This document shows, one piece after another, positions 10,070 to 19,707 of a stretch of 48,255 nucleotides of DNA. The position numbers and the translations under genes are program-made. The DNA is taken from IMG/VR virus record IMGVR_UViG_3300038675_000477, positions 1 through 48,255 of that record; one strand, given 5' to 3'. The first letter of the stretch is position 1. Each line of letters begins with the position of its first letter. The notes under the pieces were generated by a model. The model was not told the DNA's origin, searched no databases, and saw only the letters and a list, made by a program, of their open reading frames with translations. Source of the DNA: a virus (lineage: Duplodnaviria > Caudoviricetes).

Positions 10070-11635
10070 ACTGTTACTTCAGCTATATTTATGTTATGGT
10101 TTATGTTATTTCAATCAGAGAAAACAGTCCTATGTGTAGCCGATAACTTTACAACAACAAAAGAGCTTCTTGATAAATTTAAAATAACTCTAGAAGGTCT
10201 ACCGTTCTTTATGAAACCTGGAATTGTTACAACAAACGCAGGTAGAGTTGAATTTGACAATAAAAGCAGAATAGTAGGAAGAACCACTACTAAAAAATCA
10301 GGTATTGGTCTCTCAGTTAACTTATTATATATTGATGAGTTTGCCCATATTGAAGAAGCTAAACTTAACGAATTCTATAGAGCAATTTATCCTACAGTTA
10401 CAGCTGACCCTAACGGTAAAATCATAATAACGTCTACACCTAACGGAAGAAATAAATTCTGGGAAATATGGAAAGATGCGATTGATGGAAAATCAAGCTA
10501 CGTTCCTATGAGAGTTGATTGGTGGCAAATTGCAGGTAGAGGTGAAGAATGGAAGCAACAGCAAATCGCTGATATGGGATCTGTTGAAGATTTTAATCAA
10601 GAATATGGATTACAGTTTTTCTCATCTGATAAATTATTACTAAATTCAAGAGACCTTAAAAAGCTTGAAAATATTAGAAGTAAATACGTTCAAACAAATT
10701 TAATTTTAAATGAAGATCTTGCACACTTTAATGAATATATCTACTTTCATAAAAAATATGCAAATAGAACAGTAGAAGAGTGGAAAAACAGTTCTGAATA
10801 TTATGTATTTAGCGTCGATACCTCTGACGGCATAGGTAAAGATGGAGACTATTGTGTATTAAACATATATAAGACAGTTGCGCTGCCTATCGGTGAACTT
10901 CTCAAGAAAAAAGAAATAATAAGAAATGAAATAGATACTATTTCTCTTGTTCAAGTAGGATATTTAAGATCTAATGAGATAGACATAAATGAGTTTGCAA
11001 TAGCATGTGAACATATCATTTATAATATATTCAAAGCTGACAATACTAGAATAGTAATTGAAATGAATCATAAAGGAGAAATAATATTAAATCAGTTTAA
11101 AGAAAATAATGGATATTGGATAGGACAAATCGTTCATACTAAACACACTGCAGCAGCAATTCAAATGAAGCCAGGAATAAAGTTAGGTCCTACAAATAAG
11201 ATTAAATATTGTGAAAAATTCAAATATTTAGTTACAATTAATAGAATTATTCCAAATGATGAGGTGACAGTAACGGAACTTCAACAATTCGGTAAATCAA
11301 AAGGAGGACTTTATAGAGGTCAGAATGGACATGATGATATGGCTATGAGTTCTGTTAACGTGTCATCAGTTTTTGATTCTACTCAATTTTGGGATATTGC
11401 CATAGATACTTTTGAAAAAATGGGAGAAAGCTATGTCAGAGATTTAAATGAAAAAATCTTTGATCTGGTTAATGGAAACAAGCGTGCAATATATGATTAT
11501 GATGCAATAAAAAATATGAACGCAGATTTAAATAGAGATACCAACAACAAAACTCCAAAATCAAACAATGTATTTAATCTAGAAACATTGGATCAATTAG
11601 AAAAAATTCAAAATAAATTTTTTAAAAATAAGTAA
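9629..11635 (+). CDS. terL: Split intein C-part fused to the terminase large subunit C-terminal fragment (ATPase remainder plus RNase H-like nuclease)
   Basis: The intein ends YYSNGILSHN|T. It is followed by Walker B LLYIDEFAHI, motif III ITSTPNG, nuclease VFSVDTSDGIGKDGDY and GHDDMAMS. Confidence 0.92.
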   Translation: MIFKLIKYMALKMIQLIEIIEYRGVMFDEKNDDIKIIDTQFTERYLIKTDSGFHPITNVHLTQPYTKYILKTENGKSLECADNHIIFDKNMSQVFIKDLNEGDYIQTDEGLSKILKLHKTDHKICMGDVTVASGDHRYYSNGILSHNTVTSAIFMLWFMLFQSEKTVLCVADNFTTTKELLDKFKITLEGLPFFMKPGIVTTNAGRVEFDNKSRIVGRTTTKKSGIGLSVNLLYIDEFAHIEEAKLNEFYRAIYPTVTADPNGKIIITSTPNGRNKFWEIWKDAIDGKSSYVPMRVDWWQIAGRGEEWKQQQIADMGSVEDFNQEYGLQFFSSDKLLLNSRDLKKLENIRSKYVQTNLILNEDLAHFNEYIYFHKKYANRTVEEWKNSSEYYVFSVDTSDGIGKDGDYCVLNIYKTVALPIGELLKKKEIIRNEIDTISLVQVGYLRSNEIDINEFAIACEHIIYNIFKADNTRIVIEMNHKGEIILNQFKENNGYWIGQIVHTKHTAAAIQMKPGIKLGPTNKIKYCEKFKYLVTINRIIPNDEVTVTELQQFGKSKGGLYRGQNGHDDMAMSSVNVSSVFDSTQFWDIAIDTFEKMGESYVRDLNEKIFDLVNGNKRAIYDYDAIKNMNADLNRDTNNKTPKSNNVFNLETLDQLEKIQNKFFKNK

Positions 11636-11688
11636 AGTTTAGTATAATTAAAGTATAATGATCAGTTTATACACTAAATTTTAATGTT

Positions 11689-11982
11689 ATGACTACTCTA
11701 AAGTTCGATACCGACATAGATATTAATGACGTTTTTAAAGATTACAAAAAAGAAATCTTTAAAAGTGTCATATCTTCTATTAAGGAAAATTGTAAAAATA
11801 GAGAAATAAACGAAATAAATGTGGTAAATATAAGTATAAAATCTAAAAATTACTCCATTAATCTCACACGAGATAAATTCGTAAACGCTTTAAATAGATG
11901 TATAGATTTTTTCGCAGAACTTGAAATGTATGAACAATGCAAAGATTGTGTTGATATTATAAGCATACTTCAAGAAAAATAA
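11689..11982 (+). CDS. Hypothetical protein
   Basis: Clean ORF after an AGTATAA element, with a helical C-terminus ELEMYEQCKDC. Confidence 0.65.
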   Translation: MTTLKFDTDIDINDVFKDYKKEIFKSVISSIKENCKNREINEINVVNISIKSKNYSINLTRDKFVNALNRCIDFFAELEMYEQCKDCVDIISILQEK

Positions 11983-11993
11983 CCACCTAATTA

Positions 11994-12617
11994 ATGGGAT
12001 ATGAAGAAACTAATGTCATTATAAATGACAGAATTCATGAACTTGCATCAAAATTCTCAAACGATTCTATAAAAGAATCAGAAAAAAACGAACTTGCTAC
12101 ACTTATTTATCCAAAGCTCAGATACTTTATCTGGAAATTCTGCAACAACACAGAAGATACTGAAGAAGCTCTTCAGTGGACTCTAAAAAAAATCTTTAAA
12201 AATATCAATAATTTCAATTGTGAAAAAGGAAGATTCAGTACATGGATCTATACAATTGCTAAAAACGAAACCCTATTTTATTTACATAAGAAGGGTTTAC
12301 GTAAAGAGTATTTTTGTGATTGTGAATATGATAAGAATGAGAGATACGAAGATAACACTGATGTTGAATTGAGTCTAAATAGTATGTACGATGAAACTGT
12401 ATCAGAAATCTATAAGATAGAAGACAGTTTGCTTAAGAACATAGCTATAGCAAAAATGATAAATAACGAAAAGATAAAGAGTATAGCTATTAGATATGAT
12501 ATAAATGAGAATACGGTAAAGACAAAATTACGAAAGATACGAACTGATATCAGAACTCGTGTCTTAGAAAAAAATCCAATTTTTAAAGAAAATTTAAACA
12601 CAATATTTGACATATGA
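11994..12617 (+). CDS. ECF-type RNA polymerase sigma-70 factor
   Basis: Region 2 EDTEEALQWTLKKIFKNINNFNCEKGRFSTWIYTIAKN and region 4 HTH IKSIAIRYDINENTVKTKLRKIR. Confidence 0.85.
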   Translation: MGYEETNVIINDRIHELASKFSNDSIKESEKNELATLIYPKLRYFIWKFCNNTEDTEEALQWTLKKIFKNINNFNCEKGRFSTWIYTIAKNETLFYLHKKGLRKEYFCDCEYDKNERYEDNTDVELSLNSMYDETVSEIYKIEDSLLKNIAIAKMINNEKIKSIAIRYDINENTVKTKLRKIRTDIRTRVLEKNPIFKENLNTIFDI

Positions 12618-13084
12618 AAATAAAAGAATACATACATCCTATACTCATATTTAAGTCACTTAAAGAGTGCTTAATCGAACTTGAACATTACAAGAAATAT
12701 AAGAGTATAATAGCTGAACTTGAGCAAAATGGCTCACTAGATCGTATGAAAATAGTTAAAGAAGATGATTATTTATTAATCGGAGTAGATCTTAATCCTG
12801 AACTATTAATATACGCTGAAGATGCTATAGAATCTGCTGAATTAAGAATGGTGGCTGATAGAATGAAAAAATACTCAGTCTTTTTACAAAAAGAAGGAAT
12901 ATTAGATTCAGTTAAAGCTAATCATGAACGAATTAAAAGTGAGGATTACTACGGATATTTAATAAACATATCTTTCGATTTTAAAAAATACAGCAAATTT
13001 AAGTTAAGATATTCGATTTCTTATTTTATCAGTCTGTTTTTAATAATCACCACACTAATCGGTTTAGTGATCAAATTGATTTAA
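12614..13084 (+). CDS. Hypothetical membrane-anchored protein
   Basis: Single C-terminal hydrophobic helix. ATGA overlap with the sigma gene. Confidence 0.65.
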   Translation: MKIKEYIHPILIFKSLKECLIELEHYKKYKSIIAELEQNGSLDRMKIVKEDDYLLIGVDLNPELLIYAEDAIESAELRMVADRMKKYSVFLQKEGILDSVKANHERIKSEDYYGYLINISFDFKKYSKFKLRYSISYFISLFLIITTLIGLVIKLI

Positions 13085-13112
13085 TTTTCAAATAAATAAA
13101 ATAAAAAATATT

Positions 13113-13418
13113 ATGAAACAGTTTATAAAAGATTGGGCGTGGCAAATACTTGCAGTTCTATTTTTTGTATTATATTTAGGACAGGGTTGTACTAATAATA
13201 AGTTAGCCAAACATGATGCTGAGCAAAAACAAGTGATAGATTCTTTAATAAAAGTAGTTGATAATTTAGCAAATAAAACTGAAATAGATTCAATTTTTGA
13301 AAAAAAATTATGGAAATTTTTAGAATTAGAAGAACTTTCTGATAAAAATAAAATTCCAATAAATGAATTAAAATATAAAAATGGCAGTAATATACAAAAC
13401 AATAAATCTGTTAAATGA
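13113..13418 (+). CDS. Small membrane/lipoprotein-like protein with a coiled coil
   Basis: N-terminal hydrophobic stretch ending LGQGC (lipobox-like). Confidence 0.6.
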   Translation: MKQFIKDWAWQILAVLFFVLYLGQGCTNNKLAKHDAEQKQVIDSLIKVVDNLANKTEIDSIFEKKLWKFLELEELSDKNKIPINELKYKNGSNIQNNKSVK

Positions 13419-14179
13419 AAAAATATATATTGGACAAGATTCTAAAAATAATATAAAATATTTAGGTTCGGGTAAGAAATTAATAAGAGCTATTAAAAAA
13501 TATGGAAAAATAATTTTAAAAAAGAAATTTTAGAATATATTAATATAAAAGATCAATCATATATTGATTCTAGAGAAATTTTTTGGATAGATAAACTTAA
13601 TTCAACTAATAGAAAAATAGGTTATAATATAACTAAAGGAGGACAAAATGGTTATGTGATGACAGACGAAATTAGGAAAAAAATAAGTAAATCTAATTTA
13701 GGAAAAAGAAAAAGTTCGAATGCTAGAGAAAATATGAGAAAATCAGCAATTAATAGAAAAGCATCAGATCTAACTAAAATTAAAATGAGTATTTTTCATA
13801 AAGAAAGATTAAAAGATCCTGAAACTAGATTAAAATTAAGTGAAAGTAGAAAAGGAAAAAATAATGGGATGTATGGTAAAAGAGGAAAAGATAATCCTAA
13901 TTTTGGTAGAACTTTAAATGAATCTGAAAAATTAAAGTATAGAGGAAATAATAATGGAATGTACGGTAAAAAACATACAGAAGAAGCTTTAAAAAAGATG
14001 AGAAAAATTGTTTATCAATTTAATGAAGATAATACTTTATTAAAGAGTGGAAATCTGCAGGATGTGCATCAAATACTTTAAATATTCCTAGAACAAGTAT
14101 AAGTTATGCAGCTCGACATATAACAAAGGCTGGTAATTTTATTTGGTCTTATAAAAATAAGATAGAAGCAAATGACTAA
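13381..14179 (+). pseudogene. GIY-YIG/NUMOD3/NUMOD1 homing endonuclease with two frameshifts
   Basis: ATG 13381 gives MAVIYKTINLLNEKIYIGQ..YLGSG..AIKKYGK. A shift at A5 13506-13510 continues NFKKEILE..REIFWI..GYNITKGG into the NUMOD3 repeats (track ORF 13656-14081). A second shift at T3 14036-14038 continues IKEWKSAGCAS..KAGNFIWSY to TAA 14179. Confidence 0.85.
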
Positions 14180-15038
14180 ATGGTTCGAGAAAAATAAGAA
14201 CTCTATAATACGTAATTCTTTTTTATTACCAATATTGCTTGTCGTTATAATGTCGATAAGTCACGTTGTTAGTTGGTACGATCTAGGAAACCCTATAAGT
14301 TGGGCAATATATCTATCCATAGCAGTAGAAATATTTGCATTGGCATCAGTTTCAGCAACAACTCTAAATATGAATAAGAATTCTGTTTATTTTTTATTTT
14401 TTATAGTAACTCTTATTCAAATGACTGGTAATATATTCTTTGAATATCAATACATAAATATTGAAGGTAAAGGATTTAAAGATTGGATTGAATTACTAAA
14501 TCCAGTGTTTACAGATTGGGATCCAACTAGTCATAGAAGATTCTTAGCAGCAGTTCAAGGTGGAACTCTTCCTATGATGTCGCTTATAGCTCTTCATTTT
14601 TACATTAAATTTAGCGATCAACTCAAAGCTGAAAAAGAAAATGAAGATACTTGGAAAGATGTATATACCGATGAGAATATTAAAGAAATAAAACAGAAGA
14701 GATCTAAAATAGAACATGAGGATGAACCTATATTTGGAATAAGTTATGATGATATTGATGAGATTAATAAGGACTTTCAACATGCAGATAATGAGATGAT
14801 TGAAAAATTAGAAAATGAAGAGAAAGTCGAACCTATTATATATAAAGAAGCAGCTGCGGAACAGATGCCTGAATCTGTACAAAATGAATTATATCCAGGT
14901 TCAATTAAAGAAGAGAACGAAGTAAATGACATACCAAAACAGTTATATCCAAAGATACCAGATGATGAAGAGGAAAAAGTAATACCTCCTAAAAAAAAAT
15001 TGAGTTGGACGAAGGGAATTCTAAAGAGATTACTATAA
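14172..15038 (+). CDS. Multi-pass membrane protein with an acidic tail (may extend to 15184 via a -1 shift)
   Basis: About four hydrophobic helices in the N-terminal half and an E/D-rich C-terminus. An A9 run lies at 14991-14999. Confidence 0.75.
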   Translation: MTKWFEKNKNSIIRNSFLLPILLVVIMSISHVVSWYDLGNPISWAIYLSIAVEIFALASVSATTLNMNKNSVYFLFFIVTLIQMTGNIFFEYQYINIEGKGFKDWIELLNPVFTDWDPTSHRRFLAAVQGGTLPMMSLIALHFYIKFSDQLKAEKENEDTWKDVYTDENIKEIKQKRSKIEHEDEPIFGISYDDIDEINKDFQHADNEMIEKLENEEKVEPIIYKEAAAEQMPESVQNELYPGSIKEENEVNDIPKQLYPKIPDDEEEKVIPPKKKLSWTKGILKRLL

Positions 15039-15190
15039 ATAATATAGAATTAAATGAAGCAAAAGAGTACTGGAAGAAAACTAAAAAATCATTTAAAAAT
15101 GTAAGTACTGCAGAAATTTTAGATCATTATAAAAAAAGAAGTAAAAGCATAGATCCTAACACTGGAAAATTTAAAAAAATATAAAATAAA

Positions 15191-15745
15191 ATGAGCAATA
15201 TCCCAACAGTTGATAAAATATGTGATAAATCGTATGCAGATCTGCAAGATATATTGCAATTATTTGATAACAAATGCTTTAAGATAGTAAGCGGAGCGGA
15301 TACTACAGCTCAGTTCTGTCTAGGAGATTTTGCTTTTCCATCAGATGGTCATTCTTGCATATCTATGGATCTTTCTATGAACGGTGGAGAAAGACTGCTA
15401 TTTGATAATGAAATTTTAACAACAGGATCTCCAGATATTGGAATACAATTAGAAACTGGTAAACTTTATGCTAGAGGGATTTTATTAACTGTAGAATATC
15501 CAGATGAAGATGATAACGGTGAAGAAATTGATATATCAGATAAAAAAGTAGAATTATGGATAGAAGATGCCGGATCTTTAGAATGGAAAAAGCTTCCTTT
15601 ATATAATCTATTAATATATACAACAAATCCTAAATCAAATTCATCAATCGATTTGATAAATAGAATAAAGATTGTTAATCCTAACGAATTATTTAAAATT
15701 AAAATAAAAGGATTGATAATATTTGGAGAAGCAACAGAATCTTAA
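15191..15745 (+). CDS. Hypothetical protein (possibly structural)
   Basis: Clean ORF in a late-type operon. Confidence 0.65.
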   Translation: MSNIPTVDKICDKSYADLQDILQLFDNKCFKIVSGADTTAQFCLGDFAFPSDGHSCISMDLSMNGGERLLFDNEILTTGSPDIGIQLETGKLYARGILLTVEYPDEDDNGEEIDISDKKVELWIEDAGSLEWKKLPLYNLLIYTTNPKSNSSIDLINRIKIVNPNELFKIKIKGLIIFGEATES

Positions 15746-15761
15746 AAATAAATAATAATAT

Positions 15762-16187
15762 ATGAACAGTTCAACAGAAATATTAGAATTAGCTAATGCA
15801 GCATCAGCAAGTCCAGAAATGTCATATGCGCCTGTTTGGATCAGCACTGATAGAAGAGAGCCTGATCCAACTAAGACTACACTTAAATATGCTCAAGTTG
15901 GAGGTCCAACTAAGAATGATAAGATAGGAAATGCTTTCGGTCCAATTTACATGATAGAATTTGTAGATCTTAGCTCAATAACTGCTGCGTATATTAAAAT
16001 ATGGGGTCTAGATAATGACGATGTGAATGCACCAATTTATCCAGTAACATATTTAGAAAATAATCCTAAATTAGAAGTATGGCTCAAGAAATTTGAGTTT
16101 ACTGATGTTGACGGAGTTACTGTAGCAGCAGGAGGATCTTATAAAATATACGGACATCGAAAAAGAAATTTTCCTGCAATATTTTAA
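15762..16187 (+). CDS. Hypothetical protein (possibly structural)
   Basis: Preceded by AATAAATAATAAT. Confidence 0.65.
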   Translation: MNSSTEILELANAASASPEMSYAPVWISTDRREPDPTKTTLKYAQVGGPTKNDKIGNAFGPIYMIEFVDLSSITAAYIKIWGLDNDDVNAPIYPVTYLENNPKLEVWLKKFEFTDVDGVTVAAGGSYKIYGHRKRNFPAIF

Positions 16188-16661
16188 ATGAAAAAGATTA
16201 ACGAAGCATCTACTACTTTCACCACGTTTCAAAATAGAGACTATATGAGAGGTCTTCCTTTTTATGGACAAAAGGGAGATTTCAATTTTGTAATGGGAAG
16301 AAGTCAATTTACTCCTGGTGTTTCTATAAAGCTGCTTCCGTTAACTGATATGTCTAGAAAAGGAGGAGATCCTGGAAAGAGCGAATTCGAATCCAATATT
16401 AATCTCATTAAACATTATTACAAACCTGGAGACAGAGTAAGAGGAGTATTAGTAAATTCTAAAATGGGAAAAGATACTGATGGCAGAATAGTTGTTGGTA
16501 AATTAAATAAAATAGACATAAATAGAAGAGATAAGACAATAAAAGTTTATATCATTGATCCTAGCACACTAGAATCTAAAGAAATATATGTTGATACAAT
16601 GGAGAGAATATTTGAATCTAAATACAGAGCACTCTCTTTCTCAGAATTTATATCATCATAA
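16188..16661 (+). CDS. Hypothetical protein with head-processing-like termini
   Basis: Starts MKKINE, ends FESKYRALSFSEFISS, and has an SH3-like YKPGDRVRG segment. Confidence 0.65.
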   Translation: MKKINEASTTFTTFQNRDYMRGLPFYGQKGDFNFVMGRSQFTPGVSIKLLPLTDMSRKGGDPGKSEFESNINLIKHYYKPGDRVRGVLVNSKMGKDTDGRIVVGKLNKIDINRRDKTIKVYIIDPSTLESKEIYVDTMERIFESKYRALSFSEFISS

Positions 16662-16681
16662 AAAACTATCAAATATGAAGT

Positions 16682-16718
16682 AAAGCAGTCACCTTTAAAA
16701 CCAGTGACTGCTTTTTTT
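16682..16718 (+). terminator. Rho-independent terminator
   Basis: AAAGCAGTCAC-loop-GTGACTGCTTT stem followed by a T-tract. Confidence 0.85.
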
Positions 16719-16742
16719 ATATAATAATAAAAACACTATATT

Positions 16743-17762
16743 ATGGCAAAGAATAAAATAGATGAAGATGACGCTCTAGAATTATTAGATGAGTTAGATA
16801 GAGAAGGAGGAGTAAATCATCCAATCGAAAAAGAAGAGGTTAAGAAAGAACCACCACAGAAAGTAACATCTCTAGGAAAATCAAGCGCGTATCATGCTAG
16901 CGAACAACAGTTATCTGCAGCAGAGGAGTCTCCATGGAAGATTTTGAATATGGAATTATTACCATCTGGTGGTTTATTCTATCCAGCCGATTCAGAATTA
17001 TTAATACGTTCAGCTAAGACTAAAGAGATTAGACATTGGTCTACGATGGATGAAAGTGATCCGCTTGATGTCAGAGAAAAAATAAGTTTTATATTAAAGA
17101 ATTGCACTAAATTTAAGATAAAAGGACAGTCTATTATCTTTAATTTCAATGATTTTTGTGAAGTAGATAGATATCATCTATTATTTAGAATATATGAACT
17201 TACTTTTCCTAATCAAGAGAATAAATTAATGGCAAATATTAGATGTACTGATCCGAAATGTGGAACAGCTAATAAGATTCAAGTAACAAGTCAGAATCTA
17301 TTCGGATTTAATATTCCAGAAGAACTTATTAAGTGGTATTCTGAAGAAGAGAGATGTTTTGTAGTTCCTTCTCCTAATTTAAATGAAACGATAAGATTCT
17401 ATCTTCCTACTGTTGGAATGAATGATAAGTTTAGAATGAAAAAAGACCAAGATCTTAAAAATGGCACAGAAATAGATGATGCATTTTATAGTTTTGGTCC
17501 ATATATGCTAACTGATTGGAAGAGAGTTTCTCAAGAAGATATTAGTAGATTTAAATTAGAATCTTCTAATTGGGGAGGTACCAAATTTGCTATAGTTCAT
17601 AAATTCACAGAGGCTCTAAAGAAAGCATCAATAAATAGAGTTTCAGGAGTATGCGAAAAATGTAAGAAAGAAGTGGAGAGCAGCATTTTTTTGCGAGGAA
17701 GCTTCACTATCAAAGATATTTTCATTGTTTCAATTGGACTTGATGAACTTATTGGAGCTTAA
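16743..17762 (+). CDS. Baseplate hub assembly / tail chaperone protein (T4 gp26-like)
   Basis: LLPSGGLFYP..LLIRSAKTKE, DRYHLLFRIYELTF, and two Cys pairs (CTDPKCG and CEKCKK). Confidence 0.7.
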   Translation: MAKNKIDEDDALELLDELDREGGVNHPIEKEEVKKEPPQKVTSLGKSSAYHASEQQLSAAEESPWKILNMELLPSGGLFYPADSELLIRSAKTKEIRHWSTMDESDPLDVREKISFILKNCTKFKIKGQSIIFNFNDFCEVDRYHLLFRIYELTFPNQENKLMANIRCTDPKCGTANKIQVTSQNLFGFNIPEELIKWYSEEERCFVVPSPNLNETIRFYLPTVGMNDKFRMKKDQDLKNGTEIDDAFYSFGPYMLTDWKRVSQEDISRFKLESSNWGGTKFAIVHKFTEALKKASINRVSGVCEKCKKEVESSIFLRGSFTIKDIFIVSIGLDELIGA

Positions 17763-17967
17763 TGCTCGACTTGGAGTGAAGCTAAATCAATCTTACGATA
17801 CTTTATACGAATTAGAATACATGGAATATTCTTTTCTATTGAATATCATAAATAATGATATTGAAGAAGAGAATAAAAAAGTCATGGAATTAAATAAGAT
17901 AAACGAAGAATCAGGAAATTTAGGACCGGTTTCAGTTAATTTACCTTCTCACTTAAAAATCAAATAA
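17743..17967 (+). CDS. Baseplate hub assembly catalyst (T4 gp51-like)
   Basis: Short ORF overlapping the gp26-like gene. Its QSYDTLYELEYMEYSFLL..IEEENK pattern resembles gp51 (SxxExxxMxxxExxxY). Confidence 0.55.
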   Translation: MNLLELNARLGVKLNQSYDTLYELEYMEYSFLLNIINNDIEEENKKVMELNKINEESGNLGPVSVNLPSHLKIK

Positions 17968-17990
17968 ATAATAAAAAATGATTAATTTAA

Positions 17991-19460
17991 TTGGAAGACA
18001 ATAAGAACATACCTAAAGATAGCAATGTACAATATGATTATTCGATTGTTAATGAAAGAATAGATTCTGACGGAAATATTAATTCATATGATGTTAAAGT
18101 AAGCAATAACATCAAAAACGTTTCTGAATATCCTCCAGTTTATTATATGTTCAATGGAGATCACGACAGAGATCAGGCTATAGAATTTGCTAAGAATTCT
18201 ATTAAAGGTGAAGTAAATTCAGATGGCATTGAATATCCTAAAGAAGGTATAAATGTAACAGAAGTCAATAAGAAAGAGAATAACGAAAGCGAATTATTTG
18301 AAAATACACCTACTGCTGAAGAAGGAAACAGTCCAATTAATGAAGTAGGAACTGTTGATGTTGATGCTAAAAAGAAATCTGACGCATATTATGATTTAGA
18401 AGATGCTTTATTAGGAATAAGTGAGAATCTAACATCAACTGAAACTAATGTTACGTCAAAGGGTCCTGAATTAGAGAAGACTAAAGAGATAATACCAATA
18501 AATAAAGAAGTTAGTCCTATAAATCCTGAATCTCCAGTAAAGGAATCTATTAGCAATGAACTTAATCCTCTTGAAGGACTTGATGTTAGACCGCAGTTAG
18601 ATTCAAATGGAAATCCTATAGTATATAATAATACAGAAGTAAATACATCTACACCTGGTTTGTCTACTACTAATGTATCTAATACTTACAACGATACAGT
18701 ATCTGTAATTAATGAGGAGACAAAAATACCAAAAGAAACAAGAGACAATATAGCATTAGAAGTACCGGCATTAGGTACAGATACTTCTTCAATTAATGAA
18801 GAATCTATAATATCTAATGCTATTCCTTCAATTAGTGAAGAATCTATAATATCAAATGTTAATCCTTCAATAGAAGCATCTTCTGAATTTAATCCATTTA
18901 GTGGATTTAGCTTATTAAATGACAATATATTTGGAGAATCTAAAATATCAAATACTTCAAATACATCAGAATATAATAATGAATCTTCAGAAGAAAGCAG
19001 TTTATTAAATGTAGAGAATAATAACAATACAGTTAAATCTGTCTCAAATAATTTTTTAAATGAACATTATTCAAACTTACTTGAGTCGATGAGTTTAAGT
19101 ATTAATACTGAACCTCCGACAGTTGATGTTGAGAATAATGCTCAATCAGATATGGAAAAAATAAGAAAGTCAGCTTCTTTAAAAAGTCCTAATTCTGCTA
19201 TTGAAGATATGTCTAAAAATGTTTCACAGAGTATAGAAAACATTACTAAAGAGACATTAACCACAAATAATAGTACAGAAATAACTAAAGTTCCAGAATC
19301 AAATAGTCCTAGCAGAGTTGAAACATCTAATACTGTCAATAATGAAAGTGTAAACACTACTTCTAATTCAATAATAGATATTTCTGAGTTAAGCATGAGA
19401 CTTAAAAAAATAGAAAATCTTCTTTCTGGACCATTGGAAGTAAAAATTGTATCAGATTAA
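17991..19460 (+). CDS. Low-complexity S/N/E/T-rich protein (possibly hub or tail-associated)
   Basis: Long, probably disordered protein downstream of the gp26/gp51-like genes, ending LSGPLEVKI. Confidence 0.6.
   Translation: MEDNKNIPKDSNVQYDYSIVNERIDSDGNINSYDVKVSNNIKNVSEYPPVYYMFNGDHDRDQAIEFAKNSIKGEVNSDGIEYPKEGINVTEVNKKENNESELFENTPTAEEGNSPINEVGTVDVDAKKKSDAYYDLEDALLGISENLTSTETNVTSKGPELEKTKEIIPINKEVSPINPESPVKESISNELNPLEGLDVRPQLDSNGNPIVYNNTEVNTSTPGLSTTNVSNTYNDTVSVINEETKIPKETRDNIALEVPALGTDTSSINEESIISNAIPSISEESIISNVNPSIEASSEFNPFSGFSLLNDNIFGESKISNTSNTSEYNNESSEESSLLNVENNNNTVKSVSNNFLNEHYSNLLESMSLSINTEPPTVDVENNAQSDMEKIRKSASLKSPNSAIEDMSKNVSQSIENITKETLTTNNSTEITKVPESNSPSRVETSNTVNNESVNTTSNSIIDISELSMRLKKIENLLSGPLEVKIVSD
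18787..18871 (+). repeat. 39-nt in-frame tandem repeat (two copies plus a partial third)
   Basis: CTTCAATTA(A/G)TGAAGAATCTATAATATC(T/A)AATG at 18787 and 18826, with a partial copy at 18865. It encodes SINEESIISNAIP / SISEESIISNVNP. Confidence 0.85.
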
Positions 19461-19461
19461 T

Positions 19462-19707
19462 ATGAAAATAAATGAAAATGATAGAATGATTCTTAAATCT
19501 ATTCAAACAGCATATTTAGCTTATCACAATCAATTAGATAACTTAGAAAAAATGACTAATGAAATAGATGAAAAAAGAAAAGAAATATCTAGGAAACTGA
19601 ATATGCTTAGGTTAAATGAGAAAGGTGTGATAAATAAAATAGAACAAGATAATGGTGTCAAATTGACAACAGAATCTTTAATGGAGATACTTAAAAATGA
19701 AAATTAA
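19462..19707 (+). CDS. Hypothetical coiled-coil protein
   Basis: ATG just after the upstream stop (MKINE). Heptad pattern. Confidence 0.6.
   Translation: MKINENDRMILKSIQTAYLAYHNQLDNLEKMTNEIDEKRKEISRKLNMLRLNEKGVINKIEQDNGVKLTTESLMEILKNEN

Noticed and set aside
17991-19460. Tape measure protein call
   Set aside because: Position after the hub genes is suggestive, but the sequence is Pro/Ser/Asn-rich and looks disordered rather than helical, and it is short for a large myovirus.
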